Shown: one piece after another, positions 26,542 through 39,718 of the stretch | How the letters are laid out: every line of letters starts with the position of its first letter | Numbering within the stretch: position 1 is the first letter of the stretch | NCBI GenBank assembly: GCA_051294375.1 | Contig: CM119271.1 | Coordinates: 9,269,455-9,333,454, forward strand | Source: Paraspadella gotoi | Lineage: Eukaryota > Animalia > Chaetognatha | Reading direction: 5' to 3' | Length of the DNA stretch: 64,000 nt | Position numbers and translations under genes: made by a program | Notes under the pieces: generated by a model | What the model saw: the letters and a program-made list of their open reading frames with translations, nothing else | Database searches by the model: none | Told to the model about the DNA's origin: nothing

Positions 26542-27861
26542 AAGAGAGAAGAGAGAGAGAGAGAGAGCGAGAGAAAAAGAGAGAGAGAGTGCCCGCCAGC
26601 GCCCTCTCTTGCCATTTTAAAGGGGCGCCTTGACTTTTTTCTTTTCGCCCGGACGTCTTTTGTTTTATTCTTTCTTTTTTAAGTGATTTTCTTTTTTTTT
26701 TCTTTTTTCTTTTTTCTTTTTTCTTTTTTTCCTAAAAGACAAAAGCTTTTTCTATCTGAGTGACTTTTTAGTTTTGAAAGAGCAACGGGATGTCTCGTGG
26801 GGAATGAAGGGGAGGAACCGCTCTGTCGAATTCTATGGTAACTTATGGCTCAAGTTAATGTTTATTGTTTAATATTTTTAAAAAGGCTCAAGTCGAGACT
26901 TAACTTGTATTTTAGGGCTTAAGTTAAGATTTGATGGTTAGGATAAGACTTAACATAATTTTTTTTAACGGCAATTTTTCAAGTTGTAAACTCTTTATAA
27001 TTTATTTCCTATTAACTTTTATTTTTTATTTTTAAAAAACGCTTACTTTCAAAATGTTAGAAGACTAATTATACGAAACATAAGCCAATTTTAAGATTTG
27101 AAAGATCATAAAAAATGTTTTCTTTGACTTTCGCAATGAAAGGGAAAAGGCAAAAAGGAGCGGCCAGTTTTTTTTTTCCAAACAGTTTTCAGTTTTTCTC
27201 CGGTTCAAGAAAACTGTTCGAAACATTCTATGCGCGGACTTTTCAATAATAAATTCTTTGAAAAATTCAAATAAAATTTTGTTTTGATCGTAAAAATTAC
27301 TTACGAAAGAAAAGGATATACTCTCGTAGATATTACAGTAAAAAGTGTACTATTTTATGTAAATATGAAACAATATACATTTTATTTTTCTCTTTTTAAT
27401 TTTCCCCTTTAAAGGTTCATTGAGATTAATTTTAATCATAACATTTAAAATTAAATTGTCCTTTCTTTCCTTAACGTTTCAACCTAACCGTCCTTTTCCT
27501 CTTATTGACAACAGCTTTCAAAGTAGGCGCTTTTCTTTTCTCGCGCCGGCGCCTTTTTTCATTCGACGGCGTCGATTCCAAAGAGCAAAGGAACCGGTTC
27601 GTTTGTCCTTTGACTGGCGGCGGGGNNNNNNNNNNNNNNNNNNNNNNNNNNNNNNNNNNNNNNNNNNNNNNNNNNNNNNNNNNNNNNNNNNNNNNNNNNN
27701 NNNNNNNNNNNNNNNNNNNNNNNNNNNNNNNNNNNNNNNNNNNNNNNNNNNNNNNNNNNNNNNNNNNNNNNNNNNNNNNNNNNNNNNNNNNNNNNNNNNN
27801 NNNNNNNNNNNNNNNNNNNNNNNNNNNNNNNNNNNNNNNNNNNNNNNNNNNNNNNNNNNNN

Positions 27862-27897
<36 letters not shown>

Positions 27898-27934
27898 TCG
27901 TATCTAGACGTTGACGCCGACAGCTTCCGGTAAG

Positions 27935-27973
<39 letters not shown>

Positions 27974-29067
27974 CGTGAGGTAGTAAACACCAAACAAGGG
28001 GCGATAAACAGGAGAAGGAGAAAATTCTTTCTTTCTTTTTTTTTCTTTTTTAAAAAAGAAAATAAATCTGGAAAAGGTGAAGATTAAATTTCTAAAGATT
28101 AAATTAACTTTGAGTTTTACTTTACTGAACTTGTTTAAGTCTCCATACAACAACATTTTTTTTTCATTTTTACTTAAAAATATAAAATATACAAATGACT
28201 TTTTTAATTTATCAAAAAGACATTTAGAAAACTTTGTCCATTTATCTGTCCGTATATTTTTTAAAAGCTTTTCATTTTGTCCCCGCTCTTTTCTAATACC
28301 TTTCTTTTTTTCACCAGTTAATCGCTTTGTTTACCCCTTTGCGTCCTTTAATATTCAAATGAAAAAGGTTAACGATTCTTAAGGGGAGGAAATTACGTAT
28401 TCATTACTTTTGTTTGACGATTCAGTTTTCAATCTTGACAATCTCCATACTTGATCTTAAACAGAAGCTCGCTCTCTCTCTTTAAAGCGCTCGTTTGTTC
28501 TTCTAATACCTTTCTTTTTTTTTCAACAAGTTAATTCGCCGCTTTGTTTACCCCTTTGTTTGGCGTCCTTTAATATTCAAATGAAAAAGGTTAAGCGATT
28601 GCCTTCTAAAGGGGAAGGAAATTTACGTATTCATGACTTTTGTTTGAAAGATCATTTTTCTTCAATCTTGAACAATGCTCCATACTTGATCTTATAACAG
28701 AAAGCTCCGTCCTCTCTCCATCTCCTCTCTCATCTCCTTCTCTCGCTCTCTCTAGTCTCTCTCTCTCGGATCAGCTCCCGGGCGGTCGAGATCTTCCTCG
28801 ATCCTGCTCATCTCTTCCTCCCCCGCTCTCTCTGTCTCTCTCTCATCTCTCTCTTCTCCGGCTCTCTCTCTCGGTCTCGCTCTCTATCTCTTTCCACTTT
28901 CTTCNNNNNNNNNNNNNNNNNNNNNNNNNCGCTTGAACGTCTTCATTATATTTAACTTTTTATTTTTCTCTTTTTTAACTACCACAACAGCAGCATCAAA
29001 AACTGTTCTTAAATAATGTTCAGCTTAAACTAAACTATAACTAATACATTGAAATAAATAAACTCAC

Positions 29068-29156
29068 CAATTGGGTCTCCGCAAGTGTCGCAATATTCCG
29101 CGTACATAGCTTCGAAACATCCGCAACAAAATGGCCGTCCGTCTCGCATGATATAT
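29068..29156 (-). CDS. pk: Prickle exon, end of LIM2 and start of LIM3 (not in the ORF track)
   Basis: Hand translation (R)[29 protein letters not shown](G). Acceptor tttgcag|A completes AGA, donor ATT G|gtgagt (phase 1), 89 nt. Confidence 0.95.
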
Positions 29157-30142
29157 CTGCAAAGCATAGTTAAAAATGAAATTGAATATTTAAAAATAGG
29201 GCTTTATCAGGATTCGAAATTAGTACTACCAATATACAAATTAACCATTTATTTACAAAATAAGCATTATATTGCTTCCTGTAGTGGATTAAGGTACTCC
29301 GTCATTCTTACAAAATGATAAACTGCTATCAGGACCCTTTAAACAAGTTGATTTGCTTTTAATCTGTTTTAATTTGAATAAAGGATCACTATTTTTTACA
29401 CAATTAGTACTTTTAAACGACGGGAAAGTTTGTCAAAGTTGTGAGCTGTGAGTTGCGAGAGATTCTATCGGTTAAAATTGATCCCTGTCTTCGGTTATTT
29501 AAGTCGTCTATTTACACAAATCGTCATCAGATTCTTTCTCTTCAACTCGCGAGAAAAAAAAAACAAAAGGTAAACAGACGGAGAAATGACGTAATTCAAA
29601 GAGTTTAAAACGTCGTCGTCGTCGTTCTCGTTTCCATGGCAACGCGGTCATTGAGACGATGACGCAATAAAAAAAAAAAATAAGGAAAAAAAGTTTGAAA
29701 AAAAAAAAAGGAAAATAAAAATTCCTGGGGAATCGATTCTCTCGCTCTCTGTCTGCGATTTAACTCTCGGCTACGGATGATTATGAGACAGAGACATAGA
29801 GAGAGAGAGAGAGAGAGAGAGGTAAGGGAAAAGTTAGAGTAAGAGCGTAAGACAAGAATTACTGTGAAAAAATATTTAAAAATAGAGGGAATTCTATCAC
29901 TTTTTAAGTCTTCCCATAAAATGAGAAACTTTAATCATTTCTTTACATCGAGTTTTTATGAAGGAAGAAAGAGAGAGGAAAAAAAAAGAAAATGAGAAAA
30001 GAAAGAAAGAAAGAAAGAGAGTTCGAAAGAAAGAAAGAAAGAAAGAAAGAAAGAGAGTTCGAAAGATAGAACGAAAGAATAAAAAAATTACAGAAAAAAT
30101 AAAAGGAAACGAAAGATGAATAAAGAAAGAAGGAAATAAGAA

Positions 30143-30189
<47 letters not shown>

Positions 30190-30344
30190 TAAGAAAGAGA
30201 GAAGGATTTATTAAAAAAGAAATTAAGAAAGAACGACAGAATGAAAGAAGAAAGAACAGGAAAAAAGAAAGATCAAATAAACACAAAGAAAGAAAGAAAA
30301 AAAAAAGAAAAGAAGAAAGAAATAAAGGAGAAAAAAGAATGACA

Positions 30345-30447
30345 GAAAGAAAAGAAAAGAAAAGAAAAGAAAAGAAAAGAAAAGAAAAGAAAAGAAAAGA
30401 AAAGAAAAGAAAAGAAAAGAAAAGAAAAGAAAAGAAAAGAAAAGAAA
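30345..30447. repeat. (AAAAG)n pentanucleotide microsatellite
   Basis: About 20 perfect units, with a similar tract at 32270-32340. Confidence 0.95.
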
Positions 30448-30657
30448 AGGGATTAAGAAAAGAAGCGGATTTAACGACGAATCACGTGATTCACTTGAGG
30501 TCACGTGACACAATGTCAGGGTTTCGCGGATTTTTTACGTCACAAACGTTAATTTTCATCCGACGATCAGTCATCTCCGAGTCGACGCATAGAGGGGGTT
30601 GGGGAAATGAGAGAGAGAAGAGCGAGAAGGGTGAGAGTGAGACGGAGTGAAAGAGAG

Positions 30658-30773
<116 letters not shown>

Positions 30774-31909
30774 CTTTTGTGATTTAAGGTCGTTATCTGA
30801 GCGTCATAAAGCGAAAATCACCGCGAGACGCCGACGAAGGAGGGAGGGAGGAAAGGTAAGGTGTGAGTGGGAGGAGGAAGAGGAGGAGGAGGAGCAGGAG
30901 GAGGAAGAGGAAGGGCTGGAGGAAGAGACGGGAACGAATTATATTTGATTCGAAGGAGAAAATGGAAAAAAATGGGAAAAAATGGAATCGAATGACTTTT
31001 TCTTTGTTAAATGAGTTCGGAGGATGGAACGCGTAACGTGGGAGGGAAACGTGATTGCCGTGAAGAATGTGATGAATCGCCCTTGGATTTAATATCACAA
31101 ACGATCGCCGTGAACATTAATTAATAGCAGAAGGATAAACAAAGTCGGTGAACTTGGATAGAGTTTCCGTGAATGGCGGTAGGAAGTTCACGTGAATTTA
31201 CAATCGTGGAACGATGGACGTGAGTAATGTTAACATTAATGAATTGAAAAGGATAAATGAAGTTGGAAAACCTTATTCAATCACGATAGAGGACAGACTG
31301 AATTAATTGCTTCATGTACAATAAAGGAGAATAAAAGACAATAGAGGACAGTAAAGAACAATAAAGGACAATGAAGGACAATAAAGGACAATTGATGACC
31401 GATGCTAATCTCGAGTTTCGCGAGATAAAAAAAAGAGGGAAATTTGGACGAACGAATCTTGATGAAGCGAATTATTTTGATTTTTTTGTTGTTGAATGAT
31501 AACGAGGCAAATTTTTTTGAATAAAAAGACGAAACGAATTTTGAATTAAAAATAAAATTTGAATAAACAAACGAAGGTTTAAAAAAAAAAAAAAAGATGA
31601 GAAAATTCAAAACGAAAAAGGGAGACTGTGAGAGACCGCGAGAGCCTGTCAGAGCTCGTGAACTTTATGACGCCGATCCGACGACGCCGAAGTCTCGCCA
31701 ACGTCTCCGATCAAGCGGCGTCGAAATCCGCCACAAGACATTTGAGACAAATCGATCTTTTTTTTGGTCGGGAGGAAAAGATGTTAAAAGTTTAAAGGAA
31801 AAAGTCATCGTCTCGAGTCAAAGGGAATTCTGATAGACGAAGTCCATGCCGTCGACGACGACAACAACAACAACAACAACAACCTACTATGAGAACTGAC
31901 GATTGAGAA

Positions 31910-31943
<34 letters not shown>

Positions 31944-32535
31944 CGACGGAAAGCGACCGCGACGACGACAACAAAAGTCATGAATACAAAAAATTCGTCC
32001 CCGCTGGGGGTTTTCCCCTTTTCGGACACAAAGCATAAGCTGTTATGTTCGGTCTTGCGTTATTGTTGTTGTTGTTCTTGTTGTTAGCGTGAACTGGTTA
32101 TTGTCGGGGTTGTGGTCGTCGTCGTCGTCGCGTTAGCCTCAGGGCTTTTCTCAGAAATTTTTAATGTTTTTTTTTTTTGGGAGAGATAAAAGTGAGAGAA
32201 TAAAAAAAGGAGAGAAAAAAAAAAGAGAGAGAGTGAGTTAAGAAGGCGGAAATTATGAAAGCCATAAGATGAAAAGAAAAGAAAAGAAAAGAAAAGAAAA
32301 GAANNNNNNNNNNAAGAAAAGAAAAGAAAAGAAAAGAAAAGAGAGAAAATAGAGAAGGAAAGAAAGAAAAATTGAAAGAAAAATGTAATAAAGAAAGAAA
32401 TCAAGAAAGAAAGAAAGAAAGAAAAGAAAGAAGAGGAAATGAATCCAGACCAACTCCCCCCCCAAAAAAAAACCCTCCAAGCAAACAAGCACTTCCCCCC
32501 CCTCCACCCCCCAAGCAAAACCCAAGCAAACTGAC

Positions 32536-32666
32536 CTTTGACCCCCGAGTTGCGTGTCGCACTCGAAGCAGCAAAAGTGACGCATGTGCCAACTTCGTCC
32601 TTCGGCTTCTGTGCATTCGTCCGCAAAGATGATCTCGTCGCAAGCGGCGCATCGCGGCTTCAAGAC
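32536..32666 (-). CDS. pk: Prickle exon, first part of LIM domain 2
   Basis: [43 protein letters not shown](R). Acceptor ccgctcag|GTC (phase 0), donor CAA AG|gtcagt (phase 2), 131 nt. Confidence 0.95.
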
Positions 32667-35600
32667 CTGAGCGGGGGTGGGGGAGGGTAAGCTCCAGGTA
32701 AGGTCGATGCTTCGAGATGAGTCCATTTTAATGACTGATAATTTCTCATTTCAACTTCTCTTTTTTTTTTTCATTTTAAAAATTACATTTTTTTTTGGCC
32801 TTGAGCTATACGGCAGTCGGGAGCTGGAGTATGATAATGTGAACTAACAACATTTATCATAATAACCGGTTTAAACACATTAAAATTAAATCGCTCAAAT
32901 GATGCATAATTTGAATTCAATCCACCGCCCCTATACTCATTAGCCAACGCACACGGCCACCGACTTAAATCGCCCCCTCTCGGCCTTTTTTTCCCAGAAC
33001 GCCCTATTTCATCTTAAGTTTGGAATTAGGTTAAATTTTTAAGTTAAAAATGTTAGGGTAAGGGATTCGGTTAAGGTTCAGGTTAGACTGGTTAGTGAAT
33101 AAGGTTAGGGATTAATTNNNNNNNNNNNNNNNNNNNNNNNNNNNNNNNNNNNNNNNNNNNNNNNNNNNNNNNNNNNNNNNNNNNNNNNNNNNNNNNNNNN
33201 NNNNNNNNNNNNNNNNNNNNNNNNNNTAGGGTTAGGGATTTGTGTTAGGGATTGGGTTATAATATATATTTAAAAAATATATGTTTAAGTTAAATATTAA
33301 AGTTAAATATGAAGGAACAGAAGTGGGTCGTTTTTGGGAAAAGAGAGCCACTCTCTCTCTCCCTACTCTTCCGGAAATGGAGAGCAAATGATCGGAATTT
33401 CTTTTTCTCTCTCTCTCAGTCATATTTCCATCTTTTTTTTCAGTTGATTAAGAAGCCAAAAGCAAATTAGAGAAAATGGGGAAAAAATTAAAGGAAAAAA
33501 AAAAAGAAAGAAAAAAANNNNNNNNNNNNNNNNNNNNNNNNNNNNNNNNNNNNNNNNNNNNNNNNNNNNNNNNNNNNNNNNNNNNNNNNNNNNNNNNNNN
33601 NNNNNNNNNNNNNNNNNNNNNNNNNNNNNNNNNNNNNNNNNNNNNNNNNNNNNNNNNNNNNNNNNNNNNNNNNNNNNNNNNNNNNNNNNNNNNNNNNNNN
33701 NNNNNNNNNNNNNNNNNNNNNNNNNNNNNNNNNNNNNNNNNNNNNNNNNNNNNNNNNNNNNNNNNNNNNNNNNNNNNNNNNNNNNNNNNNNNNNNNNNNN
33801 NNNNNNNNNNNNNNNNNNNNNNNNNNNNNNNNNNNNNNNNNNNNNNNNNTTTCGCTCTCTAAAACACTTATATTGTTCTCCCCCCAGAGGGATGGCGAGG
33901 GAAAGAGAAAAGAGGCAAAAGATGGAATTCGTAATGAATCTACTTTTTTTTTCGGTTCCACTTTTATGGAATTTTCGGTCTCTTTTTTCGTGACCTCGCG
34001 CGGATGGAGCGAAAGACAAAAAAGGAAACAGTAGCTAGTTGTAACTGAGGAAGAATACTATTTTTCATATGTACTATTGTTTTCTAAGGCGTGGAAATGA
34101 TTTGTAGAATGATTTGTAGAGAGAGAGAGAGAGAGAGAGAGANNNNNNNNNNNNNNNNNNNNNNNNNNNNNNNNNNNNNNNNNNNNNNNNNNNNNNNNNN
34201 NNNNNNNNNNNNNNNNNNNNNNNNNNNNNNNNNNNNNNNNNNNNNNNNNNNNNNNNNNNNNNNNNNNNNNNNNNNNNNNNNNNNNNNNNNNNNNNNNNNN
34301 NNNNNNNNNNNNNNNNNNNNNNNNNNNNNNNNNNNNNNNNNNNNNNNNNNNNNNNNNNNNNNNNNNNNNNNNNNNNNNNNNNNNNNNNNNNNNNNNNNNN
34401 NNNNNNNNNNNNNNNNNNNNNNNNNNNNNNNNNNNNNNNNNNNNNNNNNNNNNNNNNNNNNNNNNNNNNNNNNNNNNNNNNNNNNNNNNNNNNNNNNNNN
34501 NNNNNNNNNNNNNNNNNNNNNNNNNNNNNNNNNNNNNNNNNNNNNNNNNNNNNNNNNNNNNNNNNNNNNNNNNNNNNNNNNNNNNNNNNNNNNNNNNNNN
34601 NNNNNNNNNNNNNNNNNNNNNNNNNNNNNNNNNNNNNNNNNNNNNNNNNNNNNNNNNNNNNNNNNNNNNNNNNNNNNNNNNNNNNNNNNNNNNNNNNNNN
34701 NNNNNNNNNNNNNNNNNNNNNNNNNNNNNNNNNNNNNNNNNNNNNNNNNNNNNNNNNNNNNNNNNNNNNNNNNNNNNNNNNNNNNNNNNNNNNNNNNNNN
34801 NNNNNNNNNNNNNNNNNNNNNNNNNNNNNNNNNNNNNNNNNNNNNNNNNNNNNNNNNNNNNNNNNNNNNNNNNNNNNNNNNNNNNNNNNNNNNNNNNNNN
34901 NNNNNNNNAATTATGGAGCTACCAGTGTAAATACCGCATATATAAACATTGCCTTAAAGGGCGAAAAAAGAGAGAGAGTCGAAGAGAGAGAGAGAGAGCA
35001 TTAAACAAACACCAGATATGATGGAGGTTTTTGTTGTCGTTGTTGTTGTTCGCTCAGATGGAGGTAAGTGAGAATTGGTGGGATCCGCGGGGCTGAAGAA
35101 AAGCTTTTCCTCTTGTTCAACTTTTAGTTCATTTTTTATCTTCTGCATATTTAACACCAACGTATCTTCTTCCTGTTTTCCAAGAATTCTTCCTTGAATT
35201 AACTTTATTAACTTATTAATTTATTTATTATTTTATTTTTAGCGGTTTAAAAACAACAACAACAACCACAACAACAACTTGTTTATTTTTAAAAAAAAAN
35301 NNNNNNNNNNNNNNNNNNNNNNNNNNNNNNNNNNNNNNNNNNNNNNNNNNNNNNNNNNNNNNNNNNNNNNNNNNNNNNNNNNNNNNNNNNNNNNNNNNNN
35401 NNNNNNNNNNNNNNNNNNNNNNNNNNNNNNNNNNNNNNNNNNNNNNNNNNNNNNNNNNNNNNNNNNNNNNNNNNNNNNNNNNNNNNCTTCGTCCTAGTCT
35501 TAGATATCTTTCTAATTTTTCTTGCATTTCCCTCTTTCATTTTCTTTCCTCTCCCTTCTTCCTTCGTCTTTCCTTTCCTTTCTCCTTTTATATTGATATT

Positions 35601-35901
35601 ATAATTCCCACATCACACTAACACAAATCCCTAACCCCTAATACACTAAAATTCAATCCCTACCTTATTCCACTTAACCCAGTTCTAACCCTGGGATCTT
35701 TAAACCGCCCGAATCCCTATACGGACCTAACATTTTAACTTGTTAAAAGTTTACTCCCCCTTAATTCCATATTTAAGAAGAAATAGGTCGCCGCTTCTGA
35801 GAAAAAAGGCGAGAGTGGACGGGCGCAAAATTAAGGTCGTATGGCCGTCGTATGCGTTGACTAATGATAGTATTATAAGGACGCCAGCCGTGAGGAAATT
35901 G

Positions 35902-35983
35902 ATCTCTCTCTCTCCTTCTCCACCTTCTTTTTCCTCCCTCCGCTCCGACCACGATGTTACCTGTTTGGGCTTGAGACCGAGGT
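35902..35983. other. Degraded PacBio SMRTbell adapter at the centre of a palindrome
   Basis: atctctctc...tttttcctccctccgctccg...tgtt...tgttt...ttgagaccgag follows ATCTCTCTCTTTTCCTCCTCCTCCGTTGTTGTTGTTGAGAGAGAT with insertions. The flanks are reverse complements of each other. Confidence 0.7.
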
Positions 35984-36813
35984 TCTCAAATCCACCGCCC
36001 TTTACTCATTCTTACCAACCACGCAACACGGCCACCCCGACTTTAAATCGCCCCCCCTCTCGGCCTTTTTTTCTTCAGAACGCCCTATTCTTCTTAAATA
36101 TTGGAATTAGATCTTTAAACTTGTTAATTAAAAATGTTAGGCCGGTTAAGGGATCGGTTTAAACGATCAGTAGACTGGTTAGTGAATAGGTTAGGGATGA
36201 ATTTTAGTTGATTAGGGTTAGGGATGTGTTAGCGGATTGGGTTATAATATAAATATATTATTTAAAATATATTGTTTAAGTTAATATTAAGCGTAAATAT
36301 GAGGAACAGAAGTGGGTAGTTTTGGGAAAGAGAGCCACTCTCTTCCCTACTCCTCCAGAAATGGGAGAGCAAATGATCGGAAATTTCTTTTCTCTCTCTG
36401 TCAGTCATTATTTCCATCTTTTTTCAGTGATTAAGAAGCCGAAAGCAATTAGAAAATGGGAAAAAAATAAAAGGAGAAAGAAAAAAAAAAAAAAAAAGAA
36501 GAAAAAAAAGAGAGGAAAATCAGATATTTTTTTTTATTTGCTCGCCCTTGATTAACTTTCCATGAACTTTTAGGAAAAAAATTTCCAATGAGAAGAGTGA
36601 TAGATGAGAGAGGAGAAGAGGGAGAGAGAGAGCAGAGATAGAGAGAGAGAGAGAGATTTGTTATCCTTGCGTGATGAGAGGAGAGAGAGTTGTAGAAAAA
36701 AAAAGGAGATTAAATGTGAAAAAACCCCTCTCGTTTGAAAATCCGAATTTTTATTGGTGGTCCAACCCAGGGACGTTGGCACTTTCTGCAGACCATATGT
36801 CTATCTCCCTCTT

Positions 36814-36864
<51 letters not shown>

Positions 36865-37611
36865 CTCCTCTCTCCTCTCTCTCTTCTTTCCCAAGCTTTC
36901 CTCTCTTAAAACACTTATATTGTTCTCCCAGAGGGGAGGCCAAGGGAAAGAGAAAAGAGGCAAAAAGGGTGAAGATGGAATTCGTAATGAATCTACTTTT
37001 TTTTTCGGTTCCACTTTATGGAATTTTCGGTTCCCCTTTTTCGTGACCTCGACGCGGATGCAGCGAAAGACAAAAAGGAACAGTAGCTAGTTGTAACTGA
37101 GCGGAAGAAGAATACTATTTTCATAGTACTATTGTTTTCTAAGTGCTTGGAAATGATTTTGTAGAATGAATTTGTAGAGAGAGAGTGTGAGAAAGAGAAG
37201 AGAGAGATAAGAGGAGAGAGACGATAGAAAAAAGAGAAGTCGAAGAGAAAGAGATTGTAGAAAGAGAGTGAGGTGTGAGAGAGATAGGAGAGGATACAAA
37301 GGAAAAGGAAACAATAGAAGAAAGGAAAAGTCAGCAACCATAATACAAATGTCAGCGAAAAGATTAAAAAATGGAAAAAGAAACTGAGAGGGGTGTGAAA
37401 TAGGAGAGGAGAGAGAGAGATCGGAAGAGAGAGAGATAAAGAGAGACTGAGATTGAGAGCTACCGACAAAAGGCGGGAAGTGGAAAAAGTTTATACCCGT
37501 TTTTCATTCGTCTTGTTTGGAGAAAAAAAAAATTTTCCCGTTGTTTTCGCTGTTTTTTTATTTGAAACTTGCGAAAACAAAGGAAACACGAACGTTTCTG
37601 TTCGCTTGTTT

Positions 37612-39670
37612 TTAGTCGGATCTGCTTATCAGCGATCCCGACTCTATAACTTTCACTTTTTATAACTCACTTTTTCGGTTCCGTCGGTTCCGCACCCTCA
37701 ATATTGTCGGGCACACACTTATATCATGTCAGAACATCGAATTATGATAAATTATGGCAAAAAAAAAATGATGTCCGTCCGTCCGTCTCTGTCTGTCCGT
37801 CCGTCCGCCGTCCGTCCCACCTTTAGCAAAAAAACACAATTACTGTGATTGCGATGGATGGATTTAAATGGAAATTTGGTGTGTGGATAGGTAACGGTGT
37901 GATTGAGCTGTGATACTAAGTTTCGATGGAATCGTCCGAGTCTGCGAAATGAGTATTTTAAATGGAAAAAACAAAAAAAATATATTTTTCCACTTTTTGA
38001 AACCCAATTGCTATGAGTGGATGGGCTGATTGACCTGGAATTTTGTGTGGGTTAGGAAAGTGTGTGATTGAACAGGAATCAAGTTTCGATGGAATAGTTG
38101 AGTGGAATAGTTTAAATGGAAAAAAAACAAAAAAAACCTGTTTACTAATATGATATAGCTCTTTTTCCTTTTATTATTAAATGTATCTGCAGGATGTATT
38201 AATAAATCAAATAATAATCAGTTATATTAATCAATAGTAAATAAATTAATCAATAATTTAATTAAATTAGTCAATCAAATCCGTCCATCCCGTCCCATCC
38301 TAGCAAAAAGCTCCCAATAACTCTGATTTGGCTGGTTGATTGGAATTAAATTTTGTGTGTGGTAGGAAAGTGTGTGATTAAAGCTGGATATAAAAATTTC
38401 GATGGAATCGTGTGAGTGGAAATTAGTTTAAAATGGAAAAAACATAAGTCGAATTTTACTAAAATCTTTTACTTTATTTTTAACCAATTAAATACTCTAA
38501 TTAATCATAATTGGATGGATTAGATTGGAGTTGAAATTTGTGCGTTGGGTTAGGGAAAACGTATGACGAAGCTTATATAAAGTTTCAGTGGAAACGTACC
38601 AGTGGAATGAGTTTTAAATGAAAAAAATATGAGTCACATTACTGGAATCTTTTTATTTATTTTATACCCATGATAGATTGAGTGAAATTGTGAGCCGGTA
38701 GGAAAGTGAGTGAAGAAGCTAGATATAAAGTTTACGGAATGCAAGTTTTGAAAAAAGATGCAAGTTGAAAAAATGATGCAAGTTAAAAAATCTTAAAAGC
38801 ATAAGCGATCGTCGCTATTGCATAAAAACGAGAGAGAGATGAGAGAGAAAGGAGAGATGAGAGGAGAGAGAGATGAGTGAGAGAGAAAGGAGAGAGTGAG
38901 AGATAGAGAGAGCAGAGACCGAGCAGAAGCGGAGGGGCAGCGCCGACAAGGGAGCTGGGGTGTAGAACAGCGAGGGAGAACCATTAAAAATAAAAAAAAA
39001 AGAAATCTTTTAAAAGACCCATCAAAGATCGAGGCACAGGAGCCCCACTATCATAGAGAAAATATTAAATGAAAAACCCGGAAAAAAAAAAACGAATAGT
39101 CGCAGTCGAGAAATCGCACCATAACGCTAAGCGTTAACCAACAGAACCAGAAAGCTGACACCATATAAAAAATCACGACCATCAGCCTGGCTCCAACTGA
39201 TAACACTCTTGTCACAACTTCTTCTTCCGACTTCAGAGTACAATGTTTCCACTTTGACTGCCACTGACAACTTCCGTTTGATTGGCTCACACGACTCATC
39301 CGTCTGAACAATATCTCTAACTCACCACTCATATAAATAAATCTCATACTTAATGAAATTCACTGCGACTAACGAATTTCTTGTGATTTTTAACAATTGT
39401 TTTACTATAATAAAGTAATTGATGAGCGGTAATAACTAATTGATTGAATTTTGTAATTAGTATTATTTGATGTAATAGAATGATTATTGATTCGATGATA
39501 ATCAAATTATTGATGCGGATGATAGTCATCACTGCCTGTTTTTGAGATGATAGTCACTTCAGTGATGCGATGGCATTGTCATTCATTGGAATTCGAATGA
39601 TTGTCATTCATTGAATGCGATGATAGTCAATAAAACAAACAAATGCGTGTATTGAGTGAAAGAGATGATT

Positions 39671-39718
<48 letters not shown>

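Noticed and set aside
33020-33260. TTAGGG-like motifs as an interstitial telomere (also 36100-36240)
   Set aside because: Scattered and degenerate, not a tandem array.
35585-36265. Long inverted repeat as a MITE or hairpin RNA gene
   Set aside because: Adapter-like centre and one very noisy arm indicate a sequencing fold-back.
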